From NCBI GenBank assembly GCA_965285935.1, contig OZ260661.1:87792001-87856000 (forward strand): a stretch of 64,000 nt of DNA, read 5' to 3'. The notes beneath the pieces were generated by a model. It saw only the letters and a list, made by a program, of their open reading frames with translations. It searched no databases and had not been told where the DNA came from. A program made the translations under genes and the position numbers. The number at the start of each line of letters is the position of its first letter. Within the stretch, counting starts at the first letter, position 1. The stretch comes from Ophelia neglecta. Taxonomy: Eukaryota. This document shows positions 52,879 through 64,000 of the stretch, piece after piece.

Positions 52879-55800
52879 ATGCGGAGCTGTTTCAATTTCT
52901 GTGGTGCACAAATAATTACCATGCTTACCTCACAAACTCTTTTTCTAACGATAATGGTTCTGGGAACAATGGGCGAAAACACAGGTATTTATTATTCACT
53001 AGATAACTTACTGCTTAAAGTGATATGTTGACCTACATTTTGTATGGACTGATTGACTTCTGCGCCATGGTCTCACAGCTGGGTAACTTATATTACCATG
53101 CTATAATTTTCTTCAGATTAAGTGTAACAGTTAATGTAACAAGGTAATTTTTTAAGTGTCTTTCCACATTTCATTTATGATAAACATTATCAGAAGACAG
53201 AGTTTTCCCAGACACTTGTTCGCACACTTCACAATGCGGCCATCTGCATCCATTCGCCGTCTGTCGTCAGGTCAATCTCACTTCCGACTCCGGTACTACT
53301 ATCCTAGAAAGACGTTGTGCCTGTGACCAATCGCAAAGCTTCTTTTTTGAAAATGAAACATGTGGTAAGTTACACCCTTTTTTACCTCAAAAGTCTATTT
53401 ATTTTAGGGATGTATTCTGTTTTTCTAAACAATGCCAACTATAATCTGGAAGTACACTCACCTACTTACAATGGCTGTGACTTTATACCTTTAACTCTCA
53501 AGTCCCTTATAAGTTCATGGGCCAATGCCAAATTGGTAGTTGTCATGGGAATAGACACCCAAAGAGAGAGAAGATATGTGGATTCATATAGCACAGGTAT
53601 TCAGCTATCTGCTGGTACCAAAATATTTTTGTCTTCGGTGGCGTCCATAAAATTGAAGAAATGACCCATGGACTAAATGTTTTATGTCTTATAACAGAAA
53701 AAATAATAATACAGTTGCAATAAGCAGAACTACAGTATTTGGAAGAAGCAATGGACACAACTCTACCGTTAGTTTCCGTCGCTTAATTCTTGGTAGCAGC
53801 TCTCGCGATAAACCTCATATAAATTGTTTAGAATTCAAGTTAAAAACGTGAAAATATTGGCTCTGTTGATTCTTTCCAATTCCCTATGCGAACTAATTCT
53901 TTTTCAATATGTTGAGGTGTTGATTGCATGATTTATTTATTGTTTGTCAAATTTCCTTATCTTAAACAATGTGCTCGAAATAGTATGTAAACTTCCTGTT
54001 CAGGTAATGAGCCCATTTGTGCCTTTTTTTATGCGTTGATTAGCTTTTTTCTTAATAAATGTAAACCACAATTTTGAGATTTGATGAAAGGGTAGTATAT
54101 TGTTTATTTCCTCTTTGAATTTCTTTTTAATCTATTTGTTGTTTTGTTGATATATTCCATGCCAAAATGGATTGCGTAAAATTGTCGCCAAATAATAGTT
54201 TGTATGTGTGTCATATGATGTTATGTTATTTCAAAATAAAATTTGGCTTGCCTTAGTAATGTTGTTGATAGGTTGACTTATTATCGTTGTGCTATGTAGC
54301 TCGATTGTTGTTTTTTTCTTGTTTTTTTTCGTAGTAGTAAAGTTACCTTTTTGAGAACTAACACTATTTATAGATGTGTTGTTTACCCATTCATTCATTG
54401 GACCATTCTTTGATGAATTGTTTGCAGATTTTCCATTTGTGGGATTATTTCTTAAAAAACATGTAAAATTGTATTATTCTTTGCATTGATTGGTTTGTTG
54501 TTTCGTTAACCTAACACCTCGTACAATATCAGAAATAACCAACTGCGTATTGCTGGATTTGTATATACGTTGATTAATTGGTTTATTAATATGTACAGTC
54601 TTGTATGTTACGAAAGCAGAATCGGTAGATTCTAAATGATAAGTAAACTGGTTTATTAGTTAGTATATTCATTTGTTCATTTGTTGAATGATTCATTTTT
54701 GGGCAGGAAATTAGGTGACCTTTGCGTAAAGTAATTAGTAATACACCAAATGAACATTAAACAAATTTAACAATGAGACCTTCTTGCAGTCGATCTTACA
54801 CCAAAAACCCCATCGTTTTGTTATATTTTACAGTAAAGCACGTTAGAGTGTTGCGGCCATGCGAAGCCGGCAGAGGGCGTTGTGTGGATAGATATACTGC
54901 TTGCGTTGATGACGGCTCGGGGATGGGTTATAGTAGATGTATGTGCCAGGCAGGAACAAAACAAGTCAGGGGGGATGACGGATTCCTAGTTTGTGGTACG
55001 TAAGAGATAGAAATAGAGACATTTGAAGAAGAACCATAAAATAAATGTGTAATTTATTTATACGGAGCTCTAATTGAAATATCATATTATTACAATTATT
55101 GTTTTTATAATCATTATCGTTATCATTATATGGGGCTTTATATTTTTGTTTCGTAAATTTCTTAACGGTTAGGTTTTCCAGAGAAAACATACCGCACGGG
55201 GAAAATGCCACAAGAAGGCCTATGTGCTATGTGGTACATGAGTACTATATTAACACTATGTTTATGATATCATGTTATATACTACAAAAGTGTTTCTCTG
55301 TATAGCTCGAATTATTACCGTTCTCGAAGACCCGCTGTGTAGAGCGTGCGAAGAAAATGGCGGCCAATGTTATGACCTAGATGAAGACGGGGTCAAGAAC
55401 GGCTGCATCTGTCCCGCGTCTTTGTCGGGATCTGACTGCCAGCACATACATGGTAAACATCGCGTCCATTAGAAACCGTAGCATGCCAATCACAAGATAT
55501 TTCGCATTAGTTCCATGCAATGTTAGTCCCTTAGAAATATCCTATTTAGATCCAAAGGCAAACACATTTGGAGCATTCCTGTATAATTTTCGAAGTTAGG
55601 GTATCTAACTTAATTAAAAACGTGTGCAAGTCCTATGTAATCACTCTGGTCTTTTCTGAACAGTTAACAGAAAATTCTTTGCACACACAGTCATGGTTCA
55701 CATATTGTAGCTTACTTCATAAAAGTTTTCGTCAGGTTACTATGGAATTAGGAAACAAATACGGAAAGAAAATCTTAAACATGTCAGTTAGGCCTATATA

Positions 55801-58257
55801 TCCATAGGGCAATGTACCAATTATTGGCCTAAAAAGATTTCCCAGGATGCTTCTTTCTTCACAGAACATTGCCAGTACACATTTATTGAATACAATTAAT
55901 ACGATTGATAAAAACGACTTCATCAATAAAGATTTATCGCATTTCCTAAATAGAAATTAGGAATTTTATATGGAAGAATCTGTTACATTTTCTGTCGGAG
56001 AATGCTTATCGCTGTGCAATAACTTCACCTATAGAGATAGGCTTTAGGCCTGCTGGGTAAACGATATGTTCTTGAATTCAGTCCATGTTACATGCGAGAA
56101 GGAGATTATGACGGTGTGTTACGACCCACACCCGGGGTTTAATTTCTCCGACGGGGCCCGTGTGTATGTTGATGGGGCAGGGCACCTCAGCCAGTGCGTG
56201 GGGGTACCGGCGGAGAAGGAGTGCGGCCCAGGCCAGTTAGTACTTCACTTACCACTGGACGAGACTCGTCGTCACACCTGCTCAACGCTCAAACACAGAC
56301 CAGACGTGAGCTACTCTCTTATAATTACATCATATATATATTTATTCTTTCCGTGGGAAACCTTTATCAGTTTGTTGTAGATATAATTGCTTTCATAGAC
56401 AGATATTAACGAACAGCAGCCTAATTGACAAGACACTGTTTTTTAATATAAGCTTTAAGAGAAATATATTGAGTCAGATTGTGGTTTTACTCAACTCTAA
56501 TTTTAAATGTAACTTTCTTTTTAGGACAGATCTATAAGATATGAAAATATGTTACTCGTGAAGAAGGGCGAAGATGCGACGGGAGGCGAAGAAGATATGA
56601 TTTTATTTAATACATATTGTGCTTACAAAACGCAAGCCGAAGGCGGATTTATGGGTCAGAAGGTCTACGGGTAAAACACATATTCTAGCTATCATTCTCT
56701 TACCACGAGCTTTCCTCTAATGTGTTTGTAAAGCCCTATTTGTTATAACACCAAATAGCTGGTTAGTTCCAATTCCTCTTCCAAATATGTTATATCAAAA
56801 CTATAAAGATAACCCAAAACAAAGAAATGCACCGGGTATGTCTGAAATATCTGGTCGATTTGGCCTCATCGGTCAACAAAACACCTAGGTAGGAATGTTT
56901 AATTTCATGAATATGGACTCTCTTGCCAGTGATACAGAGGACAATGTCGGTGAGCGTCGTAATGCCGATGTAACCTTCTCCGTGGAGACTGCCACTGGAG
57001 ACAGTATACCTAAAGGTGTGATGGTCAAGACTGGGGACTCGGTCAAATTCAGACTTTACCTAGATACAGCCAGTAAGTGTTTACTTACAACTCTCACCGC
57101 TAGGACAAAGATTTGCACGGTCGAGGCCAATCAAGTGCACAACTTACGAACAGCTTGAATTACAGTTGTGTTTTGCATGCGCGGCTACCACATCACTCTA
57201 GACCGACAAAATATAGCATGCTCTTACTTATCAAGACGAAATGTAACGCGGTTGACATATTTAATTTCAATACGTAATATGTCGGGCTGGAAAATTGAAC
57301 CTGTCTTCGACGGTCCTCTTCGCGCGTTGATATCTAACAATTTACTCTATAACAGGTGGATATGAAACAGTGAGAGTTGACTCTTGTCTTCTCTCCAACT
57401 TACCAATTACGCACAGAGCCGCCAAGACCTTGTCAGTTGTGGAACAAAGGTAGGCTGTTGGTCATTTTAAATGATGTGTAATTATATATGTTTGAAGATA
57501 CCGAATATAACAGTTCATACTAAAGCATTCAATGCTAATCAGACAGTCCGTTAATTTGACATTGCAGCTGCCCGGCGCTAGGACAATCCTTTTTCGACAT
57601 GATCAACTACTGGCACTTCATTTCCCCAAGAAAGAATGAGATGGAGACGGGACTGGTGCGTGTCCAGCCAATTGGCACAGGGACCATGGTTTACCTCCAA
57701 TGTAACTTAAGAGTGTGTTTGCGAGGTTACGAGGCTCTGTGTGATCCTATCGCCTGTCAGATGGGGAAAATGACAAGGCGGAGCTTGGAGGAAGACCGTT
57801 TGGAGGTCAAGTTACTGCATGTTAGCGTTGGTCTCGCTGTGTGGGAGGGGCGACACGACACAGCAGAAGTCCGAGGTATTTATTGCAACCATTACTAACA
57901 GAAAAACAAATTTGCTCAACATAATGTTTGGCTGACCAATTTACTTGTAAATATTTATTCCTGACAATAACATTGCACATTTGCGGTTCAAGCTTAGGTA
58001 TTATTATGAAATTTGAAATCCATATGCAATAACTATTTTTGTCAGCAGGCGACAAGGTGTCAATTGGACCAGAAGTAGTGATTGGCTTATCAGTAGTATT
58101 TGTGCTGCTCTCAATTAGCGTTGTTGTTGTCATTTATTTTCTGACAAGTACGTCTCGTTTGAGGCGATCGAGAGACGATCGACAGGGATTACACAAGGGT
58201 GACGCTAAGGATTATGGGACTGATGCGGGTCGCCACACATCCCAAACACGGATTTAA
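52879..58257 (+). CDS. EGF-like + ZP domain type I membrane protein, paralog B (~570 aa)
   Basis: 10 phase-consistent exons: 52879-52984 (signal-like TLFLTIMVLGTMG; alternative ATG at 52921), 53194(or 53212)-53364, 54834-54995, 55306-55452 (EGF-like, 147 nt as in paralog A), 56082-56305, 56525-56670, 56930-57072, 57356-57449, 57568-57875 (VYLQCNLRVC; TRRS), 58046(or 58049)-58257 (TM, tail ...SQTRI). Exon-by-exon similarity to paralog A. Probable non-coding first-exon donor at 52649 and acceptor at 52833. Confidence 0.87.
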
Positions 58258-59271
58258 CGGTTATCCTCTAATAGGCCAATAATATAAACTGAATATCCTG
58301 ATATCCAGGCCAGTTAGGATATTTATATGATTTAAGAATCATTTTGGCTGAGCTGCCAACATTCATTCATGTGATCGATCTGTTGCAAAGACCCATAAAC
58401 AATATGGCTAATCTTATTTGACCAAGTGCACACAGGAAGTGGATGGAACACTTCTTGTGGCTCAAATTGGAGGGGCGACACCGTCGAGAAAGGTTCTAAC
58501 AGAACACATATAACGAGTCGACGAGTATGGCCTGTTTACTTTCATATATGAACAGATAATTTGCAAACTAAGATTGGAAAATCAGTGTCAGTTTTTAACT
58601 TTTCTCTTTTTATAAAAAAAAAATATATATTTTTAATAGCTGTTTATATAGCCTATTGCCTTTGAATTCAAACCTATAAAGCAGAAGAAAAGGCAAACGT
58701 TAGTCTTATTGCACTTTTATCCTCAACCAAATGGAGATTGGAAGCTCGTTGATCAGTTGTGTTTCTTTCATGAGGGTGATGTTAGGTACTTTTAATATAT
58801 AATTCGAGAGCACAGTTTACCTCCATTTTAGTCGTACGACAGGCTATTAGTCGCCGTCGCAGGCAGAATTTTTGGTAAACCATATTAATGGAATATCTTC
58901 AGTTTGCCCACCAGGTAAATCCTATTACGTAGTGGTTTCTCGTTAAGGTGCCTCTCCTTAAGATTTTGTTTGTTTCCATTGCGAGGTTTGTTTGTTTTTA
59001 CCAATCTTTTACGCCCTATTGTACCATGACAGTACTAGCCCCTTGTATAATATTAGCATATCAAAAGTCGAACGTATTTTGCAGTAGAAAGAAACAATGA
59101 TGACTCGGAGTTCCTAATGACGTGAAATTCTTAAACCGATTTAATGAGCTAAATGTAGTCTGTTTTTATCGCTATGCTAAAATGAATGCGCCACTCATTC
59201 AGACATTTAACGTTAACATTCAATATGATATGTTTTTTTATATTCTTTGTGAGAAGTAAATGACACTGGTT

Positions 59272-62200
59272 TCAATCAGGCGGTGGTAGCTCCACACAGA
59301 TATGGGTGTATAGAGGCGTCTTTCGATGTGACACCAGTTTGTATCGTAGTGTAGGCAGGCCGTCGTCGGTGTACCGGGCGTGGTCAAAGATCTCACCCCA
59401 TCTGAAGCAAAAACGGAACCTAGACTCACATCAAAATGTACAGAGCTAATACGTTAGCTGGCGGTGTATTTAACGTAATGAAGCAAGTCAGTTATATTAA
59501 TAATGTGTATAAAGGGCTTTTCCAAAAGATATATCCTCGGGGGATGGGGGTGTGGTTCGCTTTCTATGTCCGGGGACATGTGAGTGTCATGGATGCCGTG
59601 TTTCCAGAGGAGGGTTGGTGCTGGGACAAAATAAAAGTGTCCAGGGTTCAAAGGCACCATTGTTTTTCAAGCACCAAAAAAAGAACAAAATTAAGGGACA
59701 AAAAAAACTGATACAGCGGCAAATTGCAAATCGTCTAAGGAGCCGTTTTTGACATAATCCTGCATGAATATTAGAACAGAGTATGGGAATATATGCCAAA
59801 TGCTGCTTACAATCACTATTGATTTTAAATAAGTACATTTTTTTAAAAACTGTCCAGAGGAGAGGGGTTAATTGAAATGTATAAAATAGCCTGTGTCCGG
59901 GGGTCGGGGGTTAAATTATAGGGGTTGTATTGGGGGAGGTTCATTAGCGTGTCCGGAGCGGATGGGTCCAAAAATAAAATGCCCCACCCCCTAAGGACAA
60001 TTCTGGAAAAGCCCTAATTGAATAAAACCGATTGATGCTATGTAAAAATTCTATATAAAATAAATTTGATTTGTACATGTCAATTCTTTCGTTCTGTTCC
60101 TTGTGTTCTAGTTGGTAGTAGCCAGACACCTCGGCCGCGTAACGAGAAGGCTGCATGTTGTGAACCCGTAATCTGAAAATGAAGTGGGCTTATATCCATT
60201 CATTCCTATGGTTACCGTCCTTTTATTAACATGTAAACATGTAAAGAAACAAGTAAACAGGGCCTAGAAATGGGCCAGGTGATTCGTTGATCGGCTACAA
60301 GAAGATCAATGGGCTCTGGTTTGCTGTATATATATAAACGTATATATAAACTTGTACCGAGTGTGTTGCATCTTGTCAGAGGACAGCGGCGACATTCATT
60401 GTCACCAAAACGGTTCTATTCATGTCCTTATGCAACAATTACCTACTGTAGATGCCTTTTTTTTGTTCAGTATCACAAATAAAAAAATCGACTGTCAACA
60501 TTCAACTCTCCATATCATCCAATTTGATGCCACTTTTTCCGGCAAAAATATTATTACTAGCTTCAATTATTAACAGTACACATGAAGCTAGCGTAAGCAA
60601 CTATACATTTTCTTTAGAGAATTCATTCTTACTGTAAAAAAGAAAGCGATGCTAGTACACGTTGCAAAAGCATAATTATGCTTTTATCGCTGTCGTTTTC
60701 AACTTGTTGACGTTCGAAAGCCATGGCAAGCCATGTCAGGTATCTAGTGCGACTGCGTGAGCATTTTGTCGGGAGGTACTAAATTCTGCATTGCTAGGTG
60801 AAATTGCGCATTCGTTCATAAATTATGTAGATTTTTTCGTCGAACCGGGTCAAAACAATGCATAAATGAAGACACGTCACTCACAAATCTATGCCAGCAG
60901 ACGACAAATTGATAATACAAAACCAGAGATGTATATAGCCAGAGATTGGAATCGGGCCCTCCTTATACCCTGCGCAAATGGCAATAGGTTACCCGCACAC
61001 GAGCTCACGCTGTACGCGGGATTTTGTGCGCGAACGTTCGAGAGCCACCATTGTGTTCACATAGAGGAAGCCGAGCGAACACCAAACACAAACAGAAATA
61101 AATTGGCGTAGTCGGCGTTTTACACCAACTCAGAAGATAAATGTTCAGTGTGAACTGGTATCAATAAGACTGGTACCACTGTTGTGATTATTTTAACCAA
61201 AATAGGGGGGACTTATATGCAACGTATGTTAAAAGAATGTTTGTTCCCAATGCCCAATGGCTATACAGTATAGGTTTATCTTTTGGGTGTAAAGCAAATA
61301 TCAGGATATAAAATACCGTCTGAGAATTCGAACATGAGTCATTTGATATAGCAAGCAAATATTAAACTGACCTCATCCATATTTCGTCGTCCTCCCCTCC
61401 CCACCCGTAGAATATCGTAGGGAACCCACTTATCCTCTCCACTTGGTCTGGAGACATCATGATAGCACCGCCGAAATAATGCCAATAAGCAACTCTGTAA
61501 TCAAGATGTGAAAACCCAAATAACTACATTACCATTAAAGGATAATCATATTTTATTTTTCCTAAACAAATGTTCATTTAGGCATATAAAAGACCAGCTA
61601 GGGCTACCTGTGAAAGATGTTGTGCTGAACCGCAGCACCGCAGCAGCGCCGCGACACGGACAACATGGTCGGCGAATCAACTCGCTCCATGTTTGGGGTG
61701 CGGGGGGAGTGGGGGAGGTGAGGAGTTGGGTGATAATTCAAGTGCACATATTATCGCTAGTGAAAACTAATTTGATCCAACAATGATGTCTTTTATGACA
61801 GTCCATGTAATTTTACCATGACTTATGACCTGATAGTTACCAATAGATACTATAGCATATAAACTGGCACTTAATTTTAAACTTGAGGGGAGTTCCCTGA
61901 TCTTACCTATACCTGTAGCTATTCCTAGCCACAGTAAGCAGTCGAGGCTGTGTACTGCAATAATAAAGATTACACATGTCCTCGGGGACTAGATCCACGT
62001 CATGGAAGGCAAAACAGTCAAAATGTTCCCGAGCCACCATCTCCAGATATCCCACATTGAGCAGCGCCGCCCTGTTGAAAGGATGGCTGTCCGCCTGCTC
62101 AACTATCACAATAACATAGTCTAAATACTGCTTCTGGAGAAATCGGTGGATGTTGCTGAGGAACCTGCTCAGGTGATCCTCCCTGTCTCTATATGGAATG

Positions 62201-63462
62201 ACAAGGGCGATTTTAAAACGCGGACGACAATCAGGCGGTCTCCACCGACCACCCGCCTCCACAGTGGGCAACATGTGTAATAAAGTTTCCATGGAAACAG
62301 TCCCTTTCTTGTTCAAGACTGGGAACTCTCTACCTATAAATAAGAAGTATATTTCATACCTCCCAGACAACATTTTAACAAAACATAATCAAACTTTACA
62401 CTAGTAGGCCTACCATATTATTTGGCTTATTCGGACTTAATGATTGTTTTCAAAATAAAAGGCTATGGTAATAAAATCAATTCATGTTTCTACCAAATGT
62501 GTACGATGATTGCCAGACAGAAGCCTCCGTGCTTTTCGGCCAGACCATGCACCTGGTCATTCCTCGTCTGCCGGGGGTGAAGACAAACGCCCACGTGTCT
62601 AGGGGACTCAGTTCTCTCAGTAACACGTGCTTCAGGTCGCTCCCTATGCAGAACCGCGTTACCACTTGTAGGAAATCGGAGATATTTCCAGTTGTGGCGC
62701 CAACAATCACATCTCCTTTGCCCATGCCGCTGCTAGAGTAGACTTGAGCCTTTTTGGTGTCGGTGAAGAAGATGACCTCTTTTGGACGACATGAACGCCT
62801 AAGACGGACCAAGTGGACAGATCCCGGGCTGGCAGATGTCCAGTTGTGGACAAGTTGACCGTTGATGACGATGAAGCCGTATCGGCTGCTCGAGTTGACC
62901 GGAAACCCTCGGATTGAGAAATGGCACACTGAAAAGAGTTCAGAAATTGTTTGTTTAGCGGTTACAGTAATTGCCTCATTTTCCTCAAAATACCTAATAC
63001 ACTAAGGTAATTGTGATAGCATCTAGTCTGATATCTGAAATACATATTTATGCAATATGACTACTATACAAGCTCGAAAAGATTATGTTTTAATGCCATA
63101 CACATTTTTATTATTAAATTCATGCTATGTCAATTCGGTGTAGATCTAATTTGGGTTACTCTTATTCACCACTATTTATTACCCTTTTCCTCGCATGGCA
63201 GAGGGCATGCTTCCACGCCGGAGTAGTGGTAGTTGTACTCTGCTGTGTGGTACTTGTGGTGAAGCGTGCGTGAGAGGAGTAGCTGGGACTGGTTATAGGG
63301 CGGGGGGTTCCATCCCTCGGGACCAAAAACACCGCTGTCCCTGCCCTCTCGTCGTAACGCCGACCGAATGACAAAGTCCCATCCCAACAAGATGACAATG
63401 ATGCTTGCTGCTACTTTAACAAAATCCCACAACGTTTTAAGTCGCAGCCTTTTATTCTTCAT
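59272..63462 (-). CDS. B4GALT: Glycosyltransferase family 7 (beta-1,4-galactosyltransferase / beta-1,4-GalNAc-transferase-like), type II Golgi membrane protein with an extra stem domain (~496 aa)
   Basis: 6 phase-consistent exons: 63462-63183 (basic N-terminus + TM), 62928-62494 (extra domain), 62333-61907 (GGRWRPPDC, IALVIPYRDR, FNRAALLNVG, FHDVDLVP), 61494-61372 (YFGG, GWGGEDDE), 60172-60077, 59401-59272 (DGLPTLRY...PLYTHICV, TGA). All hallmark GT7 motifs are present. Confidence 0.93.
59512..60016. mobile_element. MITE-like element in the last intron of the GT7 gene
   Basis: Inverted termini AGGGCTTTTCCAAAAG..TCCTCGGGGGATGGGG (59513-) and CCCCACCCCCTAAGGACAATTCTGGAAAAGCCCT (-60015); no ORF. 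Confidence 0.68.
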
Positions 63463-64000
63463 TCTCTTGTCCACAATGTCGGTGTATCAACAACATCCAT
63501 CATAAAGGCGATCTTGAAAATAACAGAATAAATTCGATTCTTGAGTGCATTCCTTTTTTCATAGGTGATATGAATTACAAGGATAAACTTTTGTCAAATA
63601 GCTCGTGCCTCTCTATCTTAGTATTTTATGGGGAAAGGTGTTCAAATATATAGGCCTATAGGGAGGAAAAAGACCCTTCGGTTAAATACTTCGTTAACAG
63701 TGGTAAAACTAATTGTCTATATGTTCATCAGGAGCTACTGAGGTTATGGTAAAACAAGAGGGACACGCAATTCAGTTTTTCCTAATTTTATCCCGTGAAG
63801 ATGTGAATTTAAGGCCACGAATACAGTTGGTGACTATTTTTTCAATTACAGTTGTCAACGCCCTTCATGGGCATGTCATCTATAATTATTTTCATTCCTG
63901 AGCCACCTCAAGGCTGGCAGCATTCAGTTATAATTAAAATCAGCCGGGAGGCATGCAATTGTTTAACGTCGCTGACAATCTCCAGTCAGAGCCATAGGTA

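Noticed and set aside
53117-53143. Micro-exon in ZP paralog B
   Set aside because: The 27-nt version introduces a stop in phase 1; a 13-nt version needs weak sites and a very short intron; the model is complete without it.
59238-59429. 63-aa ORF as last GT7 exon
   Set aside because: Wrong frame; the GT7 C-terminal motif (DGL..L.Y...PLYT.I.V) is in the frame of exon 59401-59272.

Overview
Eukaryotic (animal, probably lophotrochozoan invertebrate) genomic DNA, AT-rich, with GT-AG introns. Layout: (1) a 20-bp minisatellite at 1-~1000; (2) ~20 kb with no convincing coding sequence; (3) one ~11 kb uninterrupted + strand exon (20759-31774) encoding a ~3,670-aa acidic, Ser/Glu/Asp-rich, largely low-complexity protein with several amphipathic segments matching the PKA-anchoring (AKAP) helix pattern; (4) a head-to-head pair of paralogous membrane-anchored EGF-like + ZP-domain genes (- strand 47285-34817, 12 exons, ~899 aa; + strand 52879-58257, 10 exons, ~570 aa) separated by a diverged ~1.6 kb direct duplication; (5) a 6-exon GT7 beta-1,4-galactosyltransferase-family gene on the - strand (63462-59272, ~496 aa) with an extra ILEI/PANDER-like stem exon. 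Several MITE-like inverted-repeat elements and microsatellites lie in non-coding DNA. Gene models were built by hand from splice signals and phase consistency. No database search was run, so family assignments rest on motif recognition.
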